Positions 47,841 through 57,378 of a stretch of DNA of 64,000 nt are shown here, one piece after another. Numbering within the stretch: position 1 is the first letter of the stretch; every line of letters begins with the position of its first letter. The position numbers and the translations under genes are program-made. The stretch comes from an uncultured virus (IMG/VR IMGVR_UViG_3300047510_001499). Its lineage: Duplodnaviria > Heunggongvirae > Uroviricota > Caudoviricetes. Location of the stretch: the IMG/VR virus record IMGVR_UViG_3300047510_001499. One strand, 5' to 3'. Under the pieces are notes generated by a model. The model saw only the letters and a list, made by a program, of their open reading frames with translations. It did no database searches and had not been told where the DNA came from.

Positions 47841-48701
47841 ATGGATTTCACTAATAACCCACATTTAAAAGAGTATCTCCGTAAAAAAGAGATGGAGTTG
47901 GAAGCTAAAAAAGCTAGTCAAAAACGAATTGTTGAAGACAAAGCTCGTAAAAAGTGGTTGGAATACCAAAAACATTTAAGAAACACATTGGGTGGTGGGT
48001 ACGTTCAGAGTTCACTTTCATTCATAACTGATGATTTGGTATTATATTACGATGCGAATATGCTAACTTCATATAATGGAGTTGGTTCTACAATACGAGA
48101 TGTTTCTGGAAACAATAGAAACGGAACAATTGTAGGTTCTCCTAATTGGAATTCCAATGGGTGGTTTGATTTTTCAAATGATTATATTGTTACTCCAGAT
48201 TTAGACCAAGTGCTGACTATTGGGGATGAAGCTCATTCCATAGAGGTTTGGGTGTATCCGACAAATAATGGTGTAATTGCATCTTACTTGGGAACTGCTG
48301 TTGCTGACGATAATTACCATTTTAGTGCTATTGAGTTAGTATCGGGTCAAGTGGAATTTGGATTATGGAATGGTACAGCTATCACAAGTACAGGTCCAAC
48401 CGGAGCTCTTACATTTAATGAGTGGCATCAAATAGTATTAACATACAATGGAGATGGTTCTCCTGTTAAAGGTTATGTTGATAGTGTTTTAGTAGACCAA
48501 ACCTCAAATATGAACTTTCACTCACCAATGGATGACTCCTTGCCTAGCTTTCATATTGCTTTTGGTGGTTTAGATTCTACTAGCCAAGGAGATGGAACTT
48601 ATTTTGATGGTAGATTTGGTATTGCTAGAATTTATGGAAGAGCCTTAACTCAAGATGAAATAATTCAAAATTATAGAAGAAACATTAGTTATTATAGATA
48701 A
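47841..48701 (+). CDS. LamG/concanavalin A-like domain protein
   Basis: LVLYYDA, DVSGN..NGT, SIEVWV, W.QIVLTY, RIY.RALT..EI.QNY. Confidence 0.82.
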   Translation: MDFTNNPHLKEYLRKKEMELEAKKASQKRIVEDKARKKWLEYQKHLRNTLGGGYVQSSLSFITDDLVLYYDANMLTSYNGVGSTIRDVSGNNRNGTIVGSPNWNSNGWFDFSNDYIVTPDLDQVLTIGDEAHSIEVWVYPTNNGVIASYLGTAVADDNYHFSAIELVSGQVEFGLWNGTAITSTGPTGALTFNEWHQIVLTYNGDGSPVKGYVDSVLVDQTSNMNFHSPMDDSLPSFHIAFGGLDSTSQGDGTYFDGRFGIARIYGRALTQDEIIQNYRRNISYYR

Positions 48702-49270
48702 TGGGAAAAGTATTAAGAGTATTTGATTTTGATGATACACTTGCTAAAAGTGTATCATATATCTATGTAACACATTCTGATGGTACGGAAAGTACCCTTG
48801 ACCCAGGAGAATACGCAGTTTATGAACCAAAACCTGGTGACAAGTTTGACTTCCGTGATTTCAATAGGATGTTAAATAAACCAAAAATTATCAAGAAGAA
48901 TGTGGATTTGTTACGAAGAATGATTTCAAGTCCTGAAAAGAAAGTTACCATTCTTACCGCTCGTAAGTTAGGATTTCCTGTCAAGTATTGGTTCAAAAAG
49001 AATTTGGGTGTAGATGTATATGTTGTTGCACTTGGTGATGCTAATCCACAAGCTAAAGCTGATTGGATTGAGAAACATATTAAAAGTGGATATACTGATA
49101 TTGCATTTATGGATGATTCAATCAAAAATGTAAAAGCAGTAGCCGCTTTACAAGACAAATACCCAAATGTAAGATTAAAATCCATTCTTGCAGTTGAACA
49201 CCTTTCTCATTCAGAAACCAAGGAATTGTTAGAAAATTATATTTCCGACCAATTTAAGTCATATTTATAA
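48701..49270 (+). CDS. HAD-superfamily protein
   Basis: FDFDDTL, ILTAR, FMDDS.KN. Confidence 0.78.
   Translation: MGKVLRVFDFDDTLAKSVSYIYVTHSDGTESTLDPGEYAVYEPKPGDKFDFRDFNRMLNKPKIIKKNVDLLRRMISSPEKKVTILTARKLGFPVKYWFKKNLGVDVYVVALGDANPQAKADWIEKHIKSGYTDIAFMDDSIKNVKAVAALQDKYPNVRLKSILAVEHLSHSETKELLENYISDQFKSYL
49261..49269 (+). promoter_or_regulatory. Putative phage late-promoter motif (ATATTTATA)
   Basis: TAnTTAT motif upstream of ORF 49297. Confidence 0.45.
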
Positions 49271-49296
49271 CCAGTTTATTTTAACAAGGAACCGAT

Positions 49297-49674
49297 ATGG
49301 CTGCTACATCTCAAAAAGAGGTTTTAGAAAGAATTCTTATAGAAATCGCTGCGATGAAGACCAAACTCCCAAATGGGGAGTTAAAGCGTATGGAAGAGTC
49401 TGTCCGTGACCTTCGTGATAACTACACTACTTTAAAAAATGATGTGTCTGATATTAAATACACATTGTTAAATCCCGAAGATGGGATTATTGTTCGTGTA
49501 AACAAAAACACCGAACACCGTAAAGACGCAGAAGATAGACAAGACTATTACGATAAAATTATCACCGAGTTTGAAAAGATGAAAGATTGGAAAGATGGAG
49601 TCACCAAAGCACTTTGGATTGTATTCACATCTTTGGTTGGTATTGTGGGATACATTCTTTCGGGAGCAATGTAG
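49297..49674 (+). CDS. Coiled-coil protein with C-terminal TM
   Basis: Heptad-like body and ALWIVFTSLVGIVGYIL tail. Confidence 0.6.
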   Translation: MAATSQKEVLERILIEIAAMKTKLPNGELKRMEESVRDLRDNYTTLKNDVSDIKYTLLNPEDGIIVRVNKNTEHRKDAEDRQDYYDKIITEFEKMKDWKDGVTKALWIVFTSLVGIVGYILSGAM

Positions 49675-49700
49675 TTTTATTAAATCTCCAAACTCTATTT

Positions 49701-49922
49701 ATGTCAGAAAACTATGAACGAAAGGCTATGGACCAAGTGTATGAAATTATTACACAAGGTGGTGGCTCTGAAGTTTCATTAGAAATGAAAAAAACTATAA
49801 TTCAAACTTTGATTGATTATTATGATGCTTTAGAAGAATACGAAAAGTGTGGTAATCTCAAAATAAGTTTGAGTATGCTGGAGATAATGAATGGTAACGA
49901 TTCAAGTCAAGAAATTAGATGA
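49701..49922 (+). CDS. Small hypothetical protein (UVR-like motif)
   Basis: YY...EEYEKC; ATG 49701. Confidence 0.5.
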   Translation: MSENYERKAMDQVYEIITQGGGSEVSLEMKKTIIQTLIDYYDALEEYEKCGNLKISLSMLEIMNGNDSSQEIR

Positions 49923-50088
49923 AGTAATAGACCCACAAGATGGTTACATTATTTATGTGTATCACGATGAAACGAAAATACAAGCAGAAATAGCTGATAA
50001 GTGGGATTCTGTAATTGATATTGTAAACAAATTTAAACAAGAACATTCACCCGAAGAAATTATCTTTTTTGATGGATTCAATGTATAA
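49891..50088 (+). CDS. Small hypothetical protein
   Basis: 65 aa ORF in gene chain. Confidence 0.5.
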   Translation: MVTIQVKKLDEVIDPQDGYIIYVYHDETKIQAEIADKWDSVIDIVNKFKQEHSPEEIIFFDGFNV

Positions 50089-50308
50089 ACTATATTTATT
50101 GAATGATAACATCCACACATTTGGTGAGGTAAATTCTATGTTAAAAAGAACATTTGCATATCCGACTTTACAATCGGATTCAATCATAGAAATAACCGAT
50201 AGAGTGGGTAGATGTGTAATCAAAAGTAGTGATGACTTTGATGATTTAAAACGAATTGAAGAACTCCTACTCAACGAGGGTTTTAAAGTAGAAATAAAAA
50301 CATTATGA
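50081..50308 (+). CDS. ClpS-like adaptor protein
   Basis: YKLYLLNDNIHTFGEV...GRCVIK matches ClpS L.NDD..TF..V...G...V; divergent. Confidence 0.6.
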   Translation: MYKLYLLNDNIHTFGEVNSMLKRTFAYPTLQSDSIIEITDRVGRCVIKSSDDFDDLKRIEELLLNEGFKVEIKTL

Positions 50309-50532
50309 GTAATTTACCACAAAAGTCTGAATCTCCCGCATCACAAGGATTGGGAGATACTATCGCTAAAATCACATCAGCTACTAAATTAGATGTAGTT
50401 GCAGAACAAATTGCTAAAGCTGCTGGTGCTAAAGATTGTGGTTGTAAAGCAAGACAACAAAAACTTAATCAATTGTTTCCATATAACACAGCTGTGGAAT
50501 CGGTAAGTCCATTTCCAAGAAAGTCAAAATGA
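50305..50532 (+). CDS. Small phage protein (GLGD...CGC..R..KLN)
   Basis: Motif recurrent in phage proteins; function unknown. Confidence 0.6.
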   Translation: MSNLPQKSESPASQGLGDTIAKITSATKLDVVAEQIAKAAGAKDCGCKARQQKLNQLFPYNTAVESVSPFPRKSK

Positions 50533-51455
50533 AAGTAAAAGATTTGATTATGGAAGTTATCAACGAAGAGTTAATCGTTGAAAAACTTATTACCTATAAC
50601 AATAGAGCATCATATGGTCAAGTGGTATTCCTTGCCGGCGGTGCTGGTAGTGGTAAAGGATTTGCTATTTCAAACTTTTTGGATTCCGCAGGATTTAAAG
50701 TGAGAGATGTGGATGAGATGAAGAAACAACTTCAGATTCTCAATCGTATGGGTAAGATTACTATTGACCAGATTATATCCAAGTATGGTAAATCCTTAAC
50801 TCAAAAGGATATTGATAACATCAGACAAATTCAAGCTGATGGATACAAACTTCAGAATATGGATTTGAAGAAACCAACGCACGTAGCAGCTCTCCACTCT
50901 TTGGTTAAAGCCGTTGGTATCAAAGACAAATCACTTGCTAATATGTTAGCAGCTCAAACCAACCCGGAAGTTCTACCTAATATTATGTTTGATATTACCG
51001 CAAAAGATATTTCAGACATTACCGAAGTGGTTCCACAACTTAAAGCAGTTGGATACAAACCAGAAAACATTCACTTGACTTGGATTCTAACCAACTATAT
51101 GGTTGCAATGGATAACAACAAGCAGAGAGCCAGAATGGTTCCGGAAGACATTTTGTTAAAAACCCACGAGGGTGCTGCAAACACAATTTGGGGTATCGTG
51201 ACTCGTGCTCTACCAAAAGGGATGAATGGTAGAGTTGATGTTGTATTAAACAATCCTGAAAACACGGTGTATATGAAAGACGCCGAGGGGAACGAAATCA
51301 CAGGACCAAAGGGTGAAAAATATCCATCAGACTTTTTATCTCTACCACTTAAAAAAGCAGGTAGTGGAACTTATCCCGAAAGTTTATGGAAAGAAATCCT
51401 ATTCAAGTGGGTAAAAGAAAACGCACCCAAATCAATCACCGCCAATATGGCATAA
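50529..51455 (+). CDS. P-loop kinase (zeta-toxin/AAA_33-like)
   Basis: VFLAGGAGSGK, FDIT, N..RAR.VP. Confidence 0.72.
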   Translation: MKVKDLIMEVINEELIVEKLITYNNRASYGQVVFLAGGAGSGKGFAISNFLDSAGFKVRDVDEMKKQLQILNRMGKITIDQIISKYGKSLTQKDIDNIRQIQADGYKLQNMDLKKPTHVAALHSLVKAVGIKDKSLANMLAAQTNPEVLPNIMFDITAKDISDITEVVPQLKAVGYKPENIHLTWILTNYMVAMDNNKQRARMVPEDILLKTHEGAANTIWGIVTRALPKGMNGRVDVVLNNPENTVYMKDAEGNEITGPKGEKYPSDFLSLPLKKAGSGTYPESLWKEILFKWVKENAPKSITANMA

Positions 51456-51471
51456 ATTAAATTAATTAGTT

Positions 51472-52056
51472 ATGAAAATTCAATCTTTGATTATTGATAA
51501 TTTTTACAATAATGTTGATGATGTTCGTGAGTTTGCTCTATCTCAAGAATTTGGAGTAAAGGGAAATTACCCTGGTCAAAGAACTACTTCATTTGCAAAT
51601 GATTCTTTAAAAGAATTTATTGGCGGTATATTAAGACCACATTCTGGTGAAATTACTGTGTGGAGTACCGATGAGTATAATGGCGCATACCAATATACAA
51701 CCCAATATGAAAGGTCGTGGATTCACGCAGATATGCATAACACTTGGGCTGGTGTAGTTTATTTGACACCAAACGCACCATTAAGTGGTGGAACTGGTAT
51801 TTTTAGACACAAAGAAACCGGACTTATGTATTCTCCAAAATTAGAAGATGGTTCGGTAGATAGAGAGCTCCTTGGATATATTGGAATAGATTCTCAAGAC
51901 CTTACAAAGTGGGATTTAGTAGACCGACTTGCAAATGTATATAATAGAATGGTATTGTATCGTGGTGATTTATTCCATCAGTCTTTAGATTACTTTGGAA
52001 CAAATAAAGAAAACGGAAGACTATTCCAAACATTCTTTTTCTCTACTGAATATTAA
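51472..52056 (+). CDS. 2OG-Fe(II) oxygenase (DUF6445-like)
   Basis: IIDNFY, YPG.RT, WIHAD, GVVYLTP, GT, YNR.VLY, FH, RL.Q.FF. Confidence 0.8.
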   Translation: MKIQSLIIDNFYNNVDDVREFALSQEFGVKGNYPGQRTTSFANDSLKEFIGGILRPHSGEITVWSTDEYNGAYQYTTQYERSWIHADMHNTWAGVVYLTPNAPLSGGTGIFRHKETGLMYSPKLEDGSVDRELLGYIGIDSQDLTKWDLVDRLANVYNRMVLYRGDLFHQSLDYFGTNKENGRLFQTFFFSTEY

Positions 52057-52736
52057 TGAATAAGTCACACAAACATAAGTTTGTTTGGCACGCTCCGTTT
52101 AAGGTAGCAAGTAGAGCCACGGCCGATGTATTTAGAGAAACATCGGATTTAAACCCACATTTACCACAGCCCGATAATGCAAGGATGATTTTCACCCACG
52201 AAAATGATTGGCCAGATGATTGTCCTCGTGATTATCTACATATAGTTTCGGTTAGACATCCATATTATAGATGGGTGTCGTATTGGAAGCATGGAATTTA
52301 CGATAACAATGAATTACCAAAAGGACCAAATCCATTAGACTCTTTAAAGTGGGCTTCTGATGAAAGGTGTGAAGCTTGGTCGGAGTGGCGAATTGTGACA
52401 CAATTTGAACCACGAATTGATTATATTATACACGCTGAGTCCGTATTAGAAGACCTTCGTAAATTACCATTTATTTCTGATGATTTTCATTGGGAATTTA
52501 CGCCCAACAAAATGAGATGGAGGTCGGTGCCTGCAAAAATTACAAATTGGGATACTGATTGGGATGAAGAAGAGCTTCGTGAATTAGTATATCAAAGATT
52601 CAGACACGACTATGATAATTTAGGATATGGTAAGTGGGACAACTACGACCATATTTGGGATTGTAAACCCAAATCAAGTTCATATGTTGATGTTGAACCT
52701 GTTGTAGAACAATTACCATTCCCAAGAAAGATTTAA
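52056..52736 (+). CDS. Sulfotransferase-family protein
   Basis: H.P.KVAS (PSB-like), VRHPY.R.VS.W, D...LGY. Confidence 0.65.
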   Translation: MNKSHKHKFVWHAPFKVASRATADVFRETSDLNPHLPQPDNARMIFTHENDWPDDCPRDYLHIVSVRHPYYRWVSYWKHGIYDNNELPKGPNPLDSLKWASDERCEAWSEWRIVTQFEPRIDYIIHAESVLEDLRKLPFISDDFHWEFTPNKMRWRSVPAKITNWDTDWDEEELRELVYQRFRHDYDNLGYGKWDNYDHIWDCKPKSSSYVDVEPVVEQLPFPRKI

Positions 52737-52787
52737 CATAAACTTAACATTAGAAATTTGGCAGTTCCAATAGTTTTCGTATCTTTA
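52733..52787 (+). promoter_or_regulatory. Promoter with tandem TTAACA direct repeats
   Basis: TTAACA 52733 and 52744, TTTG 52757, TATCTTTA 52780-52787. Confidence 0.7.
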
Positions 52788-52805
52788 CTATGTAATAAGA
52801 ACGAT

Positions 52806-53585
52806 ATGAAAATGACCATCAAAGAAGAAATCCTCCTCCAATTAGAGAAACCGATTAACGATTTGACTGCCCGAATCATTGAGAGTGAAAAACAGGCCTA
52901 CCTTAAAACCAAAGGTAAAGAACTTAACATCACTCCTTGGATGGAAGAGATGATTCGTTTGAGTTTGGTGATTGATTTGATGAAAGCTCTTCAGAACTAC
53001 ATCCTTCCCACCGATAAGTTGGTTGGATTGAATTGGTATGATGGTCCAAAAGGAATTGAGATTTCTGCTGGGATTGAACGAGAAGGAACTCGTTACCTCT
53101 TCATCACCGAAGCTATCACAGCTGGTGGTTACAACATCCAACGATTCCACTACCGATACATTGTTAAGAGTAAGATGCCTCGTGTGAATGGTGGTTTGGC
53201 TACTGAATATCAAAACCAATATAAGAAACTCACCAAGATTGAGAAATTGGAAAACGAGATTCAGAATCTCCAAAACCAAATCAACGAATACCAAACCCGA
53301 ATTGACTACTTGGCTCCGATGAACCACGAGGAGCTAGTTGTGGAGTTGGGTAAGCACTCTATGTATGGGTGGAGGGTTAATAATGATTACAAATGGGAAG
53401 ATGTTGATAAAGAATACTACAAAAAAACCAAAGAGGAGTGGGATGCTGATAACCAAAAACTCATTGAGGATGGTATCAAAGATATGTTGAATTGGGATGT
53501 TACTTGGAAAAAGAAATACATTAAGGACTTTGAAAAGAAGATTGTTAAACTCCAAGACAAGATTAAAAGTTTAACAATTTCTTAA
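52806..53585 (+). CDS. Hypothetical protein with coiled coil
   Basis: ATG 52806 downstream of promoter; AGGYNIQRFHYRYIV segment. Confidence 0.65.
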   Translation: MKMTIKEEILLQLEKPINDLTARIIESEKQAYLKTKGKELNITPWMEEMIRLSLVIDLMKALQNYILPTDKLVGLNWYDGPKGIEISAGIEREGTRYLFITEAITAGGYNIQRFHYRYIVKSKMPRVNGGLATEYQNQYKKLTKIEKLENEIQNLQNQINEYQTRIDYLAPMNHEELVVELGKHSMYGWRVNNDYKWEDVDKEYYKKTKEEWDADNQKLIEDGIKDMLNWDVTWKKKYIKDFEKKIVKLQDKIKSLTIS

Positions 53586-53625
53586 CATTAAAAGTTTGCC
53601 AGTTTCAAAAAAATGATTATCTTTA
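53571..53625 (+). promoter_or_regulatory. Promoter with tandem TTAACA direct repeats
   Basis: TTAACA 53571 and 53582, TTTG 53595, TATCTTTA 53618-53625. Confidence 0.7.
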
Positions 53626-53643
53626 TAGTGTAATAAGAAAGGT

Positions 53644-53856
53644 ATGAACAAGTTCTCTAAAAAACTAATCAAGATAGGATTCGGGCTCCTTTTGGTGTCT
53701 TTGGCTGTCCTCGCTATGTTTGGTATCATCCACGGATTTTTCCTTGGACTATTGTTAATGCTTGAATATCCTCTCTACGCTTTGGGTGTGGTAGTTCTCC
53801 TTATGGGGTTAGGATATGTTTTTTCTAAACTTGATAAAAAACCCCTCAAATTCTAA
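53644..53856 (+). CDS. Small membrane protein
   Basis: Two hydrophobic segments. Confidence 0.6.
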   Translation: MNKFSKKLIKIGFGLLLVSLAVLAMFGIIHGFFLGLLLMLEYPLYALGVVVLLMGLGYVFSKLDKKPLKF

Positions 53857-53859
53857 ATT

Positions 53860-54165
53860 ATGAAAGCAAAGGTAATTGTTCATTGTCAGTATTTTGAAAA
53901 CTACAATGTTGGACCCGATGGGTTTGGTGAAACTCCTCATTGGAAACCCAAAGGTGGTTTTGAGTTTGTAATGCCGATTGAATCGGACACAATGTTCTAC
54001 GCTGATACCGAGGTTGTACTTCAAGCGATTAAAAACCTTGTAGAAAAGCAAAACACCATTGGTGACCGCTTTGAGTATATTGACCACGAGGTGGTATTTT
54101 CAGAACCATTTGTGGTTAAAGGTTTAGAACACGAAATTAAGAAAGTCTATGAAATGGCAGTATAA
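53860..54165 (+). CDS. Hypothetical phage protein
   Basis: QYFENY...HWKPKGG motif. Confidence 0.6.
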   Translation: MKAKVIVHCQYFENYNVGPDGFGETPHWKPKGGFEFVMPIESDTMFYADTEVVLQAIKNLVEKQNTIGDRFEYIDHEVVFSEPFVVKGLEHEIKKVYEMAV

Positions 54166-54331
54166 AGAAATGGGCTCTCGTGATAAGAAAGGTAAGTTGA
54201 AATACTACCGAGTCACAGTAGAAGATTGGAAAATTGTGGATTGCCAATGTCCCGCCCGTGAATTCCGCAGACACACCCCTTGTAAACATATGAAACGATT
54301 AAATGAAAAACTCACCCACCTTGCAATCTAA
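54149..54331 (+). CDS. SWIM zinc-finger protein
   Basis: CQCP...CKH. Confidence 0.72.
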   Translation: MKWQYKEMGSRDKKGKLKYYRVTVEDWKIVDCQCPAREFRRHTPCKHMKRLNEKLTHLAI

Positions 54332-54431
54332 CGAACGACCCGGCTTTATTGAATGGATGTTAAAAATCCAAAATGTCCATTATGCTAACAAGCCCGCTAT
54401 GGAACGTGCTCTTAACCGATTGGTTCCGTAA
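54303..54431 (+). CDS. Small hypothetical protein
   Basis: 42 aa ORF (MKNSPTLQSNERPGFIEWM...), hand-translated. Confidence 0.4.
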   Translation: MKNSPTLQSNERPGFIEWMLKIQNVHYANKPAMERALNRLVP

Positions 54432-54435
54432 AATA

Positions 54436-54490
54436 TTAACACAAATTTAACATACAAATTTGGCGGATAACCAACTATGTTGTATATTTG
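54436..54490 (+). promoter_or_regulatory. Promoter with tandem TTAACA direct repeats
   Basis: TTAACA 54436 and 54447, TTTG 54459, TATATTTG 54483-54490. Confidence 0.72.
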
Positions 54491-54508
54491 TATGTAAGTG
54501 ATAAAGAT

Positions 54509-54859
54509 ATGAGTAACAAAACTATTTTCAGCGATATTGATGGGACACTTGTCCACCAAGTACCATTTGAAGAAATTGACCCCTTTACCAGCCGTGCTTT
54601 GCCCGGTGTTGTAGAAACTATGACTAAATGGTTCAAAGAAGGTCACCACATCGTGTTGACTACCGCACGACCAGAACACCTCCGAAACTTGACCATCCAA
54701 GAGATGGACTTGTTGGGAATCCCCTTCCACCAATTGGTGATGGGTATTGGTCGTGCTGAGCGAATTCTAATCAACAACAAGAGTGATAAGAACCCAACGG
54801 CAAAGCGTGCTACGGCTGTTGAGGTTCAAAAGAACATTGGTTTTAACGGATACTTTTAA
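54509..54859 (+). CDS. Small HAD-family protein
   Basis: FSDIDGTL, LTTAR; motif IV reads INN rather than IND/DD. Confidence 0.7.
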   Translation: MSNKTIFSDIDGTLVHQVPFEEIDPFTSRALPGVVETMTKWFKEGHHIVLTTARPEHLRNLTIQEMDLLGIPFHQLVMGIGRAERILINNKSDKNPTAKRATAVEVQKNIGFNGYF

Positions 54860-54868
54860 GGAGTATGA

Positions 54869-55510
54869 ATGGCTAACGGAGTTCACAAAATTACGGAAGA
54901 CTTTGAAAAAATGCTGGCTGATTACACCGGCGCAAACTATGTTGTTTGTGTGGATAATCAGTCAAATGCATTATTTCTTGCCTTATACTATGAACACATA
55001 GTAAAAAATAATACATCTGATATTATTACCATACCATCACGAACATATCCATCAGTTCCGTGTGAGATTATCCACGCCGGGCTAAAGGTGGGGTGGAACG
55101 AAGTAAAGGGTACAACTATAAAAGGAGCATACCAACTTGAGGGTTCAAATGTTTGGGATTCTGCTTTAAGATTTACCGCAGATATGTATATTCCAAACTC
55201 ACATATGTGTTTATCCTTTACAGGACCTTACAAACACTTTAAACTATCCAAGGGTGGTGCTATTTTGACTGATGACCTACACGCATACTTGTGGTTCAAA
55301 AGAGCTAGATTTAGTGGTCGTAGGGAATGTTCGTATCACGATGACCACTTTGATATGTTGGGTTGGAATTTTTATATGATGCCCGAACTTGCGGCTCGTG
55401 GTATTCTAATGATGAATCAGTTTTATACACCATCGGGTGAAAAAAAACACCAAGAAGATTTGGAATTACCATATCCTGATTTAAGTAAATTTGAAGTGTA
55501 TAACCGATGA
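54869..55510 (+). CDS. DegT/DnrJ/EryC1/StrS-family PLP aminotransferase (short form)
   Basis: FE..LA.YTGA.Y.V, DSA, SF...K.....GGAILT, G.NF.M. Confidence 0.8.
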   Translation: MANGVHKITEDFEKMLADYTGANYVVCVDNQSNALFLALYYEHIVKNNTSDIITIPSRTYPSVPCEIIHAGLKVGWNEVKGTTIKGAYQLEGSNVWDSALRFTADMYIPNSHMCLSFTGPYKHFKLSKGGAILTDDLHAYLWFKRARFSGRRECSYHDDHFDMLGWNFYMMPELAARGILMMNQFYTPSGEKKHQEDLELPYPDLSKFEVYNR

Positions 55511-56172
55511 GAGTTCCTAATGTTTTAGTTTTATGTGATAATGATTGGATTCGTGTAGAAATCCAAAAGATATTTGATAGTAAAAACTTTCCAATAGTAA
55601 TTGAATCTTCTGATTCATATGAGGATTCGTGGTCTATGATTGGTGAATATGATTTGATTATATCAGCACATTGTAAAAAGATATTTGATAAAAAGTTAGT
55701 AGAGTCAACTCGTATTGTTAATATTCATCCTGGTCTGAATCCATACAATAGGGGTATGTATCCTCACATATTCTCAATTATAAACGGATTACCAACGGGA
55801 GCAACAATCCACGAGGTTGATGAGAAAATTGATAATGGTGATATTATAGTTCAGAAAGAAGTTCAGATGTATATGTATGAAGACTCAAAACAGCTTCACG
55901 AGCGGATAATGAAAATTGAAATGGAATTGTTTGAATCTCACTTTGATGAAATCATTTACGGAACATATACAAAAACAAAACCACATATTGAAGGAAACAT
56001 AAATTACAAAAAGGATTTCAAAGAATTATGTGAAATCAATCTTTGGGATATTGATACCTTTGAGGGTCACATTAATAAGTTAAGGGCTCTGACCTATGGT
56101 GATTACAAAAACGCATACTTCTATGATGAAGATGGGAATAAAATTTATATAAAAGTAGAACTATCAAAATGA
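55507..56172 (+). CDS. NDP-amino-sugar N-formyltransferase
   Basis: NIHPG.NPYNRG, GATIH.VD..ID.GDI, LRALT. Confidence 0.85.
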   Translation: MRVPNVLVLCDNDWIRVEIQKIFDSKNFPIVIESSDSYEDSWSMIGEYDLIISAHCKKIFDKKLVESTRIVNIHPGLNPYNRGMYPHIFSIINGLPTGATIHEVDEKIDNGDIIVQKEVQMYMYEDSKQLHERIMKIEMELFESHFDEIIYGTYTKTKPHIEGNINYKKDFKELCEINLWDIDTFEGHINKLRALTYGDYKNAYFYDEDGNKIYIKVELSK

Positions 56173-56909
56173 AATTCGCAGTAACCATAGCCACATACCA
56201 ACGGAAGGATGGTAAAACGCCGGAACTATTAAAGCGTGCTTTAGATAGTGTGTTTAATCAAACCCATCAAGATTTTAGAATTTTTATTGTCGGTGATAAT
56301 TACGAAGACAATAGTGAGTTTAACGAAATTGTATCACAATATCCACAAGACAAAATCTACGCAGTAAATCTTCCCGAGTCCCAAGAAAGGTTGAAATACA
56401 AGGGAGTAGGTTCGGAAAACTTTAATTTTGATACGGACCGAGCATTGTGGTGTAATAGTGGTAGAACTCCAATGAATGTTGGAATTGAACTTGCACTTCA
56501 CAATGGATATGATTGGGTAGCTCATTTGGACCACGATGACTTTTGGGAACCAAACCACCTTGAATTCATAAACAATGTAATAACACAATATGGACACGAG
56601 TGTATTTGGATAACAACACAAGCCACCTTTGGTCCAAATGATATTATGCCGATTGTAGAAACCAATGGGTGGGATGTCGTATACCACTTACCAAGGGGTT
56701 ATAATGTAATCCATTCAGCTGTGGCTATGAGTATGAAACGAATCCCATTTCGTTATAGAGATGTTTGGGATGAAGAAGGTAAAATGGTTCCAACTGATGC
56801 TGATTTTTGGGATAGATTAGGTAGTTTTATTCCACAAAATGGATACACCGGAACATACATCAACGCATTAACTTGTAGACACGATTCAGAAGGTGAAGAC
56901 AAATACTGA
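56169..56909 (+). CDS. GT2-family glycosyltransferase
   Basis: IATY.R, RALDSV.NQT, LDHDD.W..NHL. Confidence 0.85.
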   Translation: MKFAVTIATYQRKDGKTPELLKRALDSVFNQTHQDFRIFIVGDNYEDNSEFNEIVSQYPQDKIYAVNLPESQERLKYKGVGSENFNFDTDRALWCNSGRTPMNVGIELALHNGYDWVAHLDHDDFWEPNHLEFINNVITQYGHECIWITTQATFGPNDIMPIVETNGWDVVYHLPRGYNVIHSAVAMSMKRIPFRYRDVWDEEGKMVPTDADFWDRLGSFIPQNGYTGTYINALTCRHDSEGEDKY

Positions 56910-57336
56910 TAGTTTACCAAAGGTAAAGAATGTAAACAAGGGTAAATACCGCCTGAAAAAACACAAATACAAATTGTGGGACATTGTGGTATTGAAATGG
57001 ATTGGTGAACGAGAAATTGGATTTATTTCTGAATTGAAAATGAATCGTGAAGGATTCGCCACATATACAATTCGCTCAGTATCAAAACAAGGTTGTATTT
57101 ATTATGACCTTGAAGTAGATGACCCTACCGACCCGTATTGTTACATATCAACAATTTTAACTGAAAGCATAACCGATGGTGAAAAAACACTGGCAAACGA
57201 ACGACTACATTCCCACCAAGGTAGGACTAATGTCGTTTCAGAAACACAACCCAAGCGCTTATCTAACCAAGAGCGTTCTGAATTGGATAACCAAATTAAC
57301 AAACAAAAAGACTTTTTAGATGAAAAGTTTTGGTAG
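56893..57336 (+). CDS. Hypothetical protein
   Basis: 147 aa ORF in gene chain. Confidence 0.55.
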   Translation: MKTNTDSLPKVKNVNKGKYRLKKHKYKLWDIVVLKWIGEREIGFISELKMNREGFATYTIRSVSKQGCIYYDLEVDDPTDPYCYISTILTESITDGEKTLANERLHSHQGRTNVVSETQPKRLSNQERSELDNQINKQKDFLDEKFW

Positions 57337-57360
57337 TTTGGAATATTTTTTGTATATTTG
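57329..57360 (+). promoter_or_regulatory. Bacteroidota-type promoter
   Basis: TTTG 57329-57332, 20 nt, TATATTTG 57353-57360. Confidence 0.78.
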
Positions 57361-57378
57361 TATTATAAATTATTAACT

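Noticed and set aside
50529..51455. Zeta toxin-antitoxin module
   Set aside because: P-loop kinase fold only; no adjacent antitoxin-like gene, and the leader suggests a packaged protein.
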